Program-made: the position numbers and the translations under genes
Shown: piece by piece, positions 52,806 through 64,000 of the stretch
Layout of the letters: each line of letters starts with the position of its first letter
How positions within the stretch are numbered: position 1 is the stretch's first letter
Source: Mobula hypostoma
Lineage: Eukaryota
Length of the DNA: 64,000 bases
Direction of reading: 5' to 3'
NCBI RefSeq assembly: GCF_963921235.1
Contig: NC_086097.1
Location: forward strand, 238,144,001 to 238,208,000
The notes under the pieces: model-generated
Told to the model about the DNA's origin: nothing
The model's input: the letters and a program-made list of their open reading frames with translations, nothing else
Database searches by the model: none

Positions 52806-53689
52806 CTGCAGATGCCGACAGCATTCCTGGACTCGGTGCATGGACTATATTTTTATGCATGGCTGTGATTTACTGAAATCTTATATGTGCTATTCATGGG
52901 TATTCATGTATGGTTGAATGAAAGTTAAACTAGAATTGAATTTAATTGATTGAATTGAAAAATGGAGGATTATGTGGGAGGGAGGGGTCAAATTGATCTT
53001 GGACTAGGAGGCCAAGAGGTTGGCAAATATTGTGGGCCTGTACCATGCTATACTGGTCTGTGGTCTTTGTTCAAGCCGATTACTACAGTTAATACATTAT
53101 TAGTTAACATTTAGAAATTTGGAAGCTTTATGTAATCACCAATCTGTTCGTGCAATATTAAATACTAGCATAATGTGAAAAGCATTGATCCAAATATCGA
53201 TGCTAACATAAGCATAAATTATTATGCCAAAAAATGACAAGTTGTGCATCCATTGCAAGTAAGTCTGTCTTTTTCAGCTTTGTCCCTACCTCATAATTTT
53301 GCCTCGCTTCATTAATTCTGCCAGTACAAAATTATTCACTTTTATCATTGGCACCTTCTGGCACCTCCCATTATTTTATTTTCCAATTAATTCTCAATTT
53401 ATTCGGCTACTCATTTAATGATATTATTTTTAACTATTGCCTACATCGTTTGGACTCTTCGGACATAACGAGGCAGAATTAACATCATGCTGTGACCATT
53501 TTGTGCAGGGTGAATTAAACTCAACATTGGTGCACTCTCTCAAAGAACTGACAAGACAGTTAGCACAACTCGCTTTGTCATGAGTGCAAGAAATGGTACA
53601 TCTCAGAAAGAACACTGGGAATACAGGTTCATTATTCGTTGAAAGTGGTGTCATGGGGTTATAGGGTTGAAAATAAAGTTTTAAGCACA

Positions 53690-54270
53690 CTGGCCTTCAT
53701 TAATCAAAATACTGAGTACAGGACATGGATGTTGTTGTATAATACACATTGGTCTGGCCTAATTTGGAGTATTGTGTGCAGTTTTGGTCACATACCTACA
53801 GAAAAGATGTAAATAAGGTTGAAGGAGCACAGAGAAAAATTACAAGGATGTGGCTGGGTCTGCAGGATCCTGAGTTATAAGGAAAGATTGAACGATTAGG
53901 ACTTTATTGCTTGGAACATAGACGAATGAGGGGAGATAGAGGTGTCCACAGTTATGAGATGCATTGATAGGATAAATTCAAATAGGCTTTTTTTTTCCCC
54001 CACTGAGGTTAGGTGGGACTACAACAAGAGGTCATGGGTTAAGGATGAAACGTGAAAAGTTGAACGGGAACATAAGGAGAAGCTTCTTTACTCAGAGGGT
54101 CCTGAGAGTGTGGAACAAGCTACCAGCACAATTGGTGCATGCAAGTTCAATGTCAAAAGTTTAAGAGAAGTTTGGATAGGTATGGATAGTAGGAGTATGG
54201 AGGGCTGGAGCGGTTGAAATGCTTTTGGCATGTTCTAGATGGGCTGAAAGATCTGTTTCTGTGCTGTACT
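53690..54270 (+). mobile_element. Decayed CR1 3' portion
   Basis: ttggagtattgtgtgcagttttggtc, ttaggactttattgcttggaac and tactcagagggtcctgagagtgtggaac blocks. Confidence 0.7.
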
Positions 54271-54485
54271 TCTCAGTCATATCTGAGTAATCTTGTATAT
54301 GGTATATATATTGGTGGATTAAGCATTCGATATCATTTAAAAAATTCATTCCGGATTATATGTATAAATATGGGAATTCCTGTATACATATGGGAATATG
54401 TATAAAGAACAAACTAAGTCACATTCCCAGATCTCTTGTTTTTCTTCAATATAATTTAATGTTTTGAAGTTACAGAACAATAACA
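54271..54485 (+). repeat. Degenerate solo/partial LTR of the same family as the 13.8-16.7 kb element
   Basis: Shares tgagtaat, taagcattc, ggattatatgta, aaagaacaaac and ttttgaagttacagaaca..aaca blocks with the LTRs; wedged between two CR1 tails. Confidence 0.65.
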
Positions 54486-55805
54486 CCATAAGACATAGGA
54501 GCAGAATTAGGCCATTCAGCCCATCGAGTCCGCTCCACCACTTCACCATGGCTGATACCGAATCCCATTCAACCCTATATACTTGCCTTTTCACAATGTC
54601 CCTTGATGCTCTGACCAATCAAGAATCTAACAACTTCTGCTTTAAATATACCCACGGACTTGGGCTCCTCCATAGCAGTCTGTGGCAAAGCATTCCACAG
54701 AATCACCACTACTTGGCTAAATATAATCCTCCTTACCTCTGTTCTGAAAAGGTCATCCCTCAGTTTTGAGGCTGTACCCTCTAGTTCTGGATACCTCCAC
54801 CAGAGGAAACATCCTCTCCACATCCACCTTATCTAGTCCTTTCAAAATTCAGTTGGTTTCAAATTGATCCCATGCATTCTTCTAAATTTCAGTGAGTACA
54901 GGCACAAAGCTGCTAAACGCTCTTCATATGTTAAACCCTTCATACTGGAATCATCCTTGCAAACGTCCTCTGGACTCTGTCCAATGACAATACATCCTTT
55001 GTGCGATAAGGGGACAAAACTGTTGATAATACTCAAGTGTGGCCTGACTGGTGTCTTTTAAAGTTTCAGCATTATCTCCTTGTTTTCATATTCTATTCCC
55101 CTTGAAATAAATGGCAACATTGCATTTGCCTTCTTTATCACAGACTCAACCTGTGAATTAACCTTATGGGTGTCTTGCATGAGGACTCCCAAGTCCCTCT
55201 GCACCTCCGATGTTTGAATTTTCTCCCTATTTAGATAATAGTCTGCACTAGTGTTCCTTTCACCAAAATGCATTATCATACATTTCCCAACATTGTATTC
55301 CATCTGCCACTTTTTTGTCCATTCTTCCCATGTGTCTGCTGCAATCGCATCACTTCCTCAGCACTACCACCCCTCCACCCATCTTCATATCATCAGCAAA
55401 CTTTGCCACAAAGCCATCAATTTCATTATCTAAATCAGTGACAAACAATGTGAAAAGTAGCAGTCCCAATACTGACCCCTGAGGAACACCACTCGTCACT
55501 GGCAGGTAACCAGAAAAGCCTCTTTTATTCTTACTCACTGCCTCCTGCCTGTCAGCCATTCCTCGATCCATGCCAGTATATATTTCGTGTAACACCATAC
55601 GAATTTATCTTGTTAAGAAGCCTCATGTGAGGCACCTTATCAAATGCCTTTTGAAAATCTAAGTAAATAGCATCTGCTGCCTCTCCTTTGTCCTCCCTGT
55701 TTGTTCCTTCTTCAAAAAATTCCAACAGGATTGTCAGGCAAGATTTCCCTTCACAGGAACCATGCTGACTTTGACTTATTTTATCAATAGTCTCCAAATA
55801 CCCCA
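54486..55805 (-). mobile_element. CR1 LINE (RT to 3' end)
   Basis: YLDFQKAFDKVPH, VTSGVPQGSVLG, KFADD and EVQRDLGVL; close relative of the host CR1 at 36745-37965. Confidence 0.88.
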
Positions 55806-56739
55806 GGCATAACAGAGACTTACATAGACAGAAACAATTCACATGGAGTCCAGGGTTTATCTTCAGAACAAACTTTCTCCTTATTACAAGATGACAGCAA
55901 CAGGGTAGTCACTTGTCCTAACATGAATGCTTCTTGATTCAAAGTTTTCATTATTCTCAAGTTATTTCTTATCTACTTTTCCCCCACTACCTTTACTTCA
56001 CAGATGCTGTATTTACATAGAACATAGTGTGCCTTTTGCAGTATCAAGTCAAGTCAAGTGGCTTTTTAATGTCTTTTCGACCATAAACTGCTGGCACAGT
56101 ACACAGTAAAAATGAAACAATGTTCCTCCATGACCACGGTGCTACATGAAACAACACAGAACTACACTGGAATAAGTGAGGCAACGCAAGGCTACACTAA
56201 AACTACACTAGGCTACGGACCTACACAGGACTACATAAAGTGCACAAAACAGTGCAGGGCAGTACAATAAATAATAAACAAGACATCAGCAGCTATGTTC
56301 TCTGTGAGCTGTGTGCTGTTATGCTTTTGCATGAGTTCTCCGTAGTTCATTTTAGCCTAGTCTTTGGCTTGGACCATTTGAGCATGCTACACACTTTTAT
56401 TGCCTGGTACCAACCCTGTGATAGCTCCCTTCACGGCGAAGTAGACTTGATGGTCCAAATGGCATAATTCTGCTCCTCTGGTTTTCATCTCACTACTATC
56501 ATACTTATTCTTCCCTCCTCACCCAATCTCTCTGTGTATGCTACAGACCCAGAAATTCACTATTCCCTACCACGTATCCATATACCCTGGCTTGGGAGAA
56601 ATCCTAGGTAATTTTAAAGATGATGCACTGATGGAAGTGTACTCAACCTGCGCCACCTTCTCACCCAAACAAAAACCCATTCTTGAGGTACAATATGAGG
56701 AATACGGTGCCCTTCTCATGCACACAGAGGTCTCACTAC

Positions 56740-57656
56740 AGGCTGCAGTCTCTCAGTTCACCAAGGCTGCAAGGGCTTTAAGGTTAATGGTCAATCTGAA
56801 GGAAACAATGATCCTCCATCAGAAGCCCTCTCGTTGCACTCACAACCCACCTTGTATCACCATCCATGACCCCCCTCTCACCATAGTTGAACAGTTCACC
56901 TGCACAGCATTATTTCCCTCCACACTACGGTAGTAAGAGCCAGCAGTGCCTCCGTCGCCTCCAGAAATGTGTGTGGAAGAACCACCAGCTATCTGTCCAC
57001 AAAAACCCAGGTATAGAGGGCTGCGATCATCACAACTCCACGACATCGTCTCCAAGACCTGGCTCTTGTACCGCAAGCAAATCTGGTTGCCTGTGCGCTT
57101 CCATCAGCACTGCCTCCATTCCATCATGGGTATCAGCTGACAGGATCGTGTCTCTAACAACGAGGCCCTGGCGAAGGCTCAACTTCCAAGCATTGAAGCA
57201 ACTTTACTGCTCGGGCAGCTCTGCTGGCCAGGCCACACGTCTCGCATGGACAACTCCAGGTTACCAAAAGCTGTACTCTACCGAGAACTCTCTCAAGGCA
57301 AGAGAGATCATGGTGGCCCACGCATGAGGCACAAAGACCAACTTAAGCAGCAGTTCTCTCAGGCAAATATTGTGGTCAACAAGCGGCAGCAGCAGGCTTG
57401 TGACAGAGACCTCTGGAGAACACTGATCCTCGGAGCAACCATGAACTTTGAGGAATCCAGAGGAGCGACTGCTGAAGAGGCGAGGAGATGCGGGAAGAAT
57501 CCTACTATCCAAGCATCCGCATCCCAGCTGTTCCTGTGTCCCTGCTGCTCTGGAGCCTGCAGATCCAGAATTGGCCTCTACCAATTAGTGCCGTTGCTCC
57601 TTCGAACCCTTCTTCCCTCTTGATCTTCACAAGTGAAGAACCAGCCATCATCATCA
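56740..57656 (+). mobile_element. RTE-clade LINE 3' portion
   Basis: RFHQHCLHSIMGIS*QDRVSN; MDNSRLPKAVLYRELSQGKR..GGPR.R.KD; C-terminal CPCCSGACRSRIGL; (CAT)n tail. Confidence 0.8.
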
Positions 57657-57769
57657 AGCATTCCAGCTACTGTGCACCAGTGGTGGAGGGTCTGATTGCT
57701 CAGAGTGTTAGCACTGGACAACAAAGATTTTGTTTCCTGAATATTTTTGGGTGTATCTTATAGATTTTG

Positions 57770-58400
57770 GGCTGCTGATCACGAAAATCAACATAAAATT
57801 CCCTAACACAAACCATTTTTTTTAATTGCATACATTTGTTAATTCAATTCATAATTCAAGTTAGAATGACTGATGCTAAAATTAAGGAACACACTTTTGC
57901 TGGTCCACAAATCAAGCAGGTCATCAATGACAGGCAATTGGAACAACTTCTAGTGGGACCAGAGAAAATTGCATGGAAGGCATTCAAAGATGTTGTTGAA
58001 ATTTTTGTTTGGCAACTATAGAGCATCAACCTATGTGCAGCTGGTTGACAACATGCTTCAAGTGTACATAAACCATGAAATGCAACATGTCACTCAAGAT
58101 TGATTTTCTACATTCCCATTAAGATTTCTTCCCTGCAAATCTTGGCACTATCAGTGACAAGCATGGTGAAAGGTTTAAACAGGACATTGTGGTCATAGAG
58201 AAATGGTACCAGGGCCATTGGAATCCCTAAATGCTGACTGATTATTGTTGGACACTTAAGCAAGAAGCCTCAGACACTGAGTACAAGTGAAAATCATCTT
58301 TGGAACATTTTTATCTCAGTTGAACTACTGCAAAGTGTCAGCAATTATGTAATTAAACACATTATATTCAATAGAAATTAATTTCCTGTCTCTCCATGAT
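57770..58400 (+). mobile_element. Decayed DNA-transposon (Sola-like) transposase fragment
   Basis: KIKEHTFAGPQIK...AWKAFKDVV...CNMSLKIDFLHSH*DFFPANLGTISDKHGERFKQDI...WYQG..ML.DYCWTL. Confidence 0.6.
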
Positions 58401-58439
58401 AGAAGTAGCCTGAAATTATACAGACAACCGAAAATCTGC

Positions 58440-60105
58440 AGTCTGCTTTCAGAATGAGGTTTTTCATCCCAGAACTAATAAATGTCCTTCTTCTTCAAAG
58501 AAAAGGGCTTTCCTTCCTCCACCATCATCGCTGCCCTCACCTGCATCTCTTCCATTTTACACACACATCTCCCCTTACCCCATCCTTCCACCACCCCACC
58601 AGGGATAGGGCACTGGAAGGATTGCAATGATCCTGAAGAAATACCAGATTAACACCAGCCACAAACCCGTAAGGAAATTCAAGTCATAGCTTATGTGGAT
58701 CAAAGATGAGCAGGGACTCAGGATAGCTGGCGTTTACAGGATTCCCTGTGAACACAGAGCAACGTATATCGGCTTGATGGATGCACTCAATGTAGAAACC
58801 CACATCAAGGAGCACAGGAGGTATATCTGTTTGGGTTACCCAGAGAAATTGGCGGTAGCTGAACTTTGCATTTGCAATTGCCATAGGATTGACTTTGACG
58901 GCACAAAACTACCGTGCCACACTAGTGGCTTTTGGGACCGCCTAGTGAAGTAAGCTATTGAGATAAAACTAGAGGAAAAGAATTTTAACAAAGACGAAGC
59001 TCTAAGTAAGTATTGGAACTCGATTGTAAACAAGGTGGAACAGTGGGATCCTGATTGGATGAGAACTAACCAACCAGCAGGGTAGAGTTTGTCATCGAAA
59101 TGTCAGTTAAAATCCATATTTGTACCCGGTGGGAAGCCCAAGAAGAGTTTATTCATCATATATGCCGGGAAAGCACTAGATCCTTTTCCAGGGTCCCTCT
59201 TGTCCTCACCTACCACCCTAATAGCCTCTGCATCCAGCACAAAATTCTCCATAACGTCATTCATCTCCATCAGGATCCTATCACATCTTTCCCTCACCCC
59301 CGCATTCTTCTTTCCGCATGCATCACTCCCTATGCGACTCCCTTGTCTATTCTTCCCTCCCCACTGATCTCCCTCCGAGTACTTATCCTTGCAAGTGGAA
59401 GAAGTGCCACACCACCCCCTACACTTCATCCCTCACGACCATTCAGAGCCCCAAACAATCCTTCCAGGTGATGGGATATTTTCTCTGTAAGTCTTTTGGG
59501 GTCATCTACAGTATCTAGTGCTCCTAGTGTGGCCTCCTGTATATCGGTGAGACCTGACGTAGATTAGAAGACTGCTTCACTAAGCACCTATGCCCCGTCC
59601 ACCAGAAAAAGTGGGATTTCCCAATAGCCATCCATTTCGATTCTACTTCCCATTCTGACATGTCTGTTCACTCAGATTGGAGGAGTAATACCTTCTATTC
59701 TATCTAGGTAGCCTCCAACCTAATGGCATAAACATTGATTTTTCAAACTTCTGGTAATTGCCCCCTCCCCCCCCAACCACCTGATTCACCATTCCTTTTC
59801 CCGTTTCCCTCTCCACCTTCTCTCCTCACCTGCCTATGACCTCCCTCTGATGTTTCTCCCCCTTTCCTTTCTTCCATGGTCTTCTACCCTCTATCAGATT
59901 CGCCCTTCTCCAGACCTTTATGTCTTTCATCAATTAACTTTCCAGCTCTTCACTTCCCCTCCCCCCCCCCCAACCTTCTTACTCTGATTTATCATTTTTT
60001 TTTTCCAGTCCCGATAAAGGGTCTTGGTCCAAAATATCAACCATTTACACATTTCACGAGATGCTGCCTGGCCTGCTGAGTTCCTCCAACGTTTTGTGTG
60101 TGCAG
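58440..60105 (+). mobile_element. PLE fragment interrupted by a second PLE family fragment
   Basis: 58440-58610 and 59185-60105 resemble 5840-6990 (aaaagggctttccttcctccaccatc, RVPLVLTYHP, tatatcggtgagacc). Confidence 0.7.
58611..59070 (+). mobile_element. Second Penelope-family GIY-YIG fragment
   Basis: IAGVYRIPCEHRATYIG...HIKEH...HRIDFDGTK...FWDRLVK*AIEIKL...NFNKD, a typical Penelope endonuclease C-terminus distinct from the first family. Confidence 0.7.
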
Positions 60106-60509
60106 TCTGAAATACTATTTGTGTTCAGCTTCGCGCAGTCTAACAGAAACAAGAAAAAATCTGAGGAAGCAGCACTTTTGAAAAAAGAGTTTGTCCAATG
60201 TAAACAGGGTGCCAATCTTCTCTGTTGCCTTGTTCTAGATGATTTCAATGTTTTGGAAAGTTGCTTGAGCCTGTGCTTATCCAACTACAGAGTATTTCTT
60301 TGCACTCCTGATTAGTGTCTCATACCTGCTTGAAAGCTTTTGGACTGTGAGCAGGATTCTTAATGCAGGAATCCAAGCCTCTAAACTGCTCTTGCATTTA
60401 TGTAGCCTCTCCATTTTCTAATCTGTTGTGACTTCCAATATATTGTTATCCTAATCCAACCATTGGAGTGCTTTCCAATTAATTCCCCCAAAGTTTAATC
60501 ATTCAAGAA

Positions 60510-61070
60510 CTGAGTCATAAGACCATTCAGCCCATCAAGTCTTCCCCACCATTCAATCATGACTAATTCATTGAACGAGGTATCTCTCAACTCCATTCTC
60601 CTACCTTTTCTTTGTCATCTTTGACACCCTTACTAATCAAGAGCCTATCAACTTATGCTTTAACTATACACAATGACTTAGTCTCCACAGCAGTCTGTGG
60701 CAATGAGATCCACAGATTCACAGCCCACTAACTGAAGAAATTTCTCGTCAACACACACAAAATGCTAGAGGAACTCAGCAGACCAGGCAGCATCAATGGA
60801 AAAAAAGTACAGTCAATGCTTTGGCAGGACTTCCTCCTCATCTCTGCTACAAAGGGACATCCTTCTACTCTGAGGCTGTGCCCTCTGGTCCTAAACTCCT
60901 CCATTGCAGAAAACATCCTCTCCACATCCACTCCGCCTATGTCTTTCAATATTTGATGTTTCAATTAGACATCTCCTCATTTTTCTAAATTCAGCGAGTA
61001 CAGGGCCAGAGCCACCAAATGCTCCTCATACATTAACCCTTTCATTCCCAGGATCGTTCTCATGAACTTC
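60510..61070 (-). mobile_element. CR1 3' end with a short PLE terminus inserted at about 60750-60830
   Basis: VDVERMFSAMEEFRTRGHSLRVEGCPF; insert acacacacaaaatgctagaggaactcagc. Confidence 0.7.
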
Positions 61071-61334
61071 CATCACTTCATTAGAGGAAGGATATGGAAG
61101 CTTTAGGGAGAGTACAGCGAAGGATGCAGCCTGGTTAGAGAACAGAGCAGAGATTGAGTGAATTAGGACATTTCTCTTTGGAGCAAAGGAAAATGAGAGG
61201 TAACTTTACAGAGGTGTATAAGATTATAAGAGACAGATGGAATGGACAGCCTACACATTTTTCTTATGATGAAAATGGTTCGTGCAAGAGGGCATAATTT
61301 TAATGTAATTGGAGAAAGTAAAGGTGAAATGTAT

Positions 61335-61611
61335 TAATTCAGATGTGATTTATTTATTGAGATTCAGCAATGAGTCATGCTGCACAGTAACCTACCAATG
61401 TGACGTTAGTCTAATTATGGGACAATTACTGTGACCAATTAACCTACCAACCAGCATTTCTTTGGACTGTGGGAAGAAACCGGAGCAACCAGAGGAAACC
61501 CACGACGTCATGGGGAGAATGTACAAACTTCTTACAGGCAGCGTTGGGAATTGAACCTGGGTTGCCTGTACTGTAAAGCCTTGAGCTAACCACTACGCTA
61601 TTGTGCCACCC
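61335..61611 (-). mobile_element. tRNA-derived V-SINE (HE1-like)
   Basis: Minus strand has A-box TAGCGTAGTGG, B-box GGTTCAATTCC and V-domain GTGGGTTTCCTCTGGTTGCTCCGGTTTCTTCCCACAGTCCAAAG. More degenerate copies lie at about 29530-29836, 37970-38160 and 39880-40150. Confidence 0.75.
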
Positions 61612-62199
61612 CAACTGAGACTATCCAACAGGTGCCACTCTTGTCAGTGCTGCTTTATTTTAATTGCAGAATTTTTCAAAGGATTCAAAGTACATTTGTT
61701 TATCAAAGAATATATAAATTACACGGCCTTGAGATTCGTCTGCTTACAGGTAACCACAAAACAAAAAACCTGAACCAACCCAATTAAAAAAAAGACCAAC
61801 AACCAATGTGCAGAAAAAAAAGGGAAAACAAAATACAAATCATGACAACAATAGAGGAAAGCAACTTCATTCCGAACCAGGTTGAGTCAATAGATCCGAT
61901 TCACGGGACCAGCTGGAGTAGGCTTAAGCTTTGGTCTCAGTTCATCATTTAGTTAATAAACTACTTAAATACTCCACTCTCATGCTGAGATTTGGGCCTT
62001 TGTCTCTCGATAGTTTGGTTAAGCCTCTGAAATACTAGTCCAGTTCTTTAACAGATACTCCATTGGACTTTGGTACTTCAAGAGCTGAAAATCAGGTGAT
62101 CCTCCACTTGTTAACTGAAAGCAGATTGGGACACAGATGCTCCTTGGCTTTACTAAGCATGGGGATCACTTCTTCATTTTAACTAAAATCTCTACCTGA

Positions 62200-63180
62200 T
62201 CCTTGTTGGGCAAGAGGTTTAATTTTGTTTCCAAAGCAGTGGATGAACCATGAGATTTGCAGCCTGCTGCGGGCTAAATTTGTGGCATTTGGGACCGATG
62301 ATCCAGAACTCTACAAGAAGTCAAAGTACAATCTACATAAGGCTATCATATGAGTGAAAAAGCAATTGTGTGTGAAGCTATTGACAGAATCGGATACACG
62401 TTAGCTCTGGCAAGGTTAGAAGGCTATTATTTCCTATAAGATGAAACCTAACATCATAACTGAATGTGATACTTCACTCTCCAATGAGCTGAATGCCTTT
62501 TATGCATGCTTTAAAACTATAGCTGTGTGAATCACTGCGGCCCCTGGCAACCCCGTGATATCCACCTCAGGAGGCAATGTCAGAACATCTTGACCCTCAC
62601 AAGACGTCAAGTCCTGATGGTGTACCTGGCAGGGCACTAAGAACCTGTGCCACCCAACCAGCTGGGGTGTTTAAGGACACCTCCAGCCTCTCACTATGGT
62701 AGTCAAGGTCTTCACCTGCTTCAAAAGGGCATCAGTCATACCAGTGGCCAAGAATAGCAAGGTGAGCTGCCTCAGTTACTATTGCCCAGTAGCACTCAAA
62801 TGCACAGTAATGCAATGCCTTGGGAGACTGGTCATGGCTAGAATTTGAGAGAAGGTCAAGGACATCTTCAAAAGGTGATGCCTGAAAAAGATGGCATCTA
62901 TCATTAAGGTTCTTCCCACCACCCAGGACATGCCCCCTTCTCATTACTATCATCAGGGGTCTCAAGGCACTCACTCAATGTTTCAGAGACAGTTTTTTCC
63001 ACTCCACTCTCAGATTTCTGAATGGTCCATGAACCCATCACTAATTTGCTCTGTTTTTTAACTACATTTATAATTTTAATCTATTTCTTATTGTTATGGT
63101 ATTTTCTTCTGTATTACACTGCACTACTGCCACAAAGCAACAAATTTCATGACATATGTCAGTGATAATAAACCTGACAG
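62200..63180 (+). mobile_element. Decayed Rex/Babar-type LINE fragments
   Basis: gagctgaatgccttttatgcatgcttt, cctgatggtgtacctggcagggcactaag and cccagtagcactca blocks; the 3' UTR acaaatttcatgacatatgtcagtgataataaacctga is shared with other copies. Confidence 0.55.
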
Positions 63181-64000
63181 AGATTGTGATTCTAAGCGTT
63201 CAGCTTGCCAATAAATCCAAGATACTGAAAAATGACTACTGCAATAGTGACAAAAATCTGACTTGATGGATGCAGAGTTCTGGAAAGGAAGTACCAGATC
63301 TTGGAACCAAACCGATACTGTGAGGTTTGCAAAAGGAAATAAAGATTGGAGATGCAGAGTGTGGTTTGCAAAGATGGTGAAGAGTGGGACATTGTTGCCA
63401 TTAATGTGGGAATTCAGACATTGTAAATGATGTCTCTGAAGGACAAGGAGAAGGAGGGAGCCTTTGAAGGGTTTCCAACTCTAACAACATAACTGGAAGG
63501 AGCAGCAATTGTAGGAGGTTAATATGAGGGCCCATAATTTTGAGGTGATTTGAGGAAAGTATGGGGGGGGGATGTCAGTAGTAGGTTTTTTTTTAAACAC
63601 AGAGAGTGGTGGGGGTGTGGAATGCCCTGCAAGGACTGGTGAATGGGGCAGGTAAATTAGTGACAATTAAGACACTCCTCCTCCAAGTGGACCACAAACT
63701 TGTCGAGGGTTTGGAGGCTTGTATGCCTCAATGACTCGGGGAACTATATTGGCTAGGGTTGTGACTTTGTCTTTTGGCTCTTGGTAGGGTTACCCATGCA
63801 TCAAATATCAAAGAGTAGAGGCCAGGCGAAGAGTGGTTTACCAGTACTCCAGTTTCGGGGAATTTCCTCAGGGTTAACAAACCTGATTGGTGAAAATATA
63901 TTGTTACGGAAACAGCAATGAAGAATCCTTGAATATCTGGGTGTGCGACGGTGTGGACAGACTGAAATGGAGAACCTTTACTGCTGCCCTACACACTAGT

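Noticed and set aside
61540..61611. tRNA gene
   Set aside because: The A and B boxes belong to a V-SINE head; no full cloverleaf is evident and it continues into the SINE body.

Overview
Vertebrate genomic DNA, very probably from a cartilaginous fish (shark or ray). The repeat content points that way: CR1/HER1-type LINE tails, HE1-like V-SINEs and abundant Penelope-like elements (PLEs). Most of the window looks like two very large introns around one 208-bp minus-strand coding exon (20659-20866), which the ORF track misses. It translates to a CUB-domain segment closely matching CSMD3 CUB2. The rest is mostly decayed transposable elements: CR1, Rex/Babar and RTE LINEs, PLEs, Tc1/mariner and hAT MITEs, Sola-like remnants and solo LTRs. 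The most striking feature is a Gypsy-type LTR element (13834-16712) with both LTRs, a PBS, a PPT and a 5-bp TSD. Its RT/RNaseH/integrase core has been replaced by an intronless, now pseudogenised fragment of host RBM25 mRNA. Also notable are minimal hammerhead-ribozyme motifs in the PLE termini, a TSD-bounded inverted PLE insertion with a fold-back junction, a palindromic mariner MITE with five TIR copies, and multi-level nested insertions. Family assignments come from motif recognition by eye and recalled protein sequences, not database searches. Many TE boundaries are approximate.
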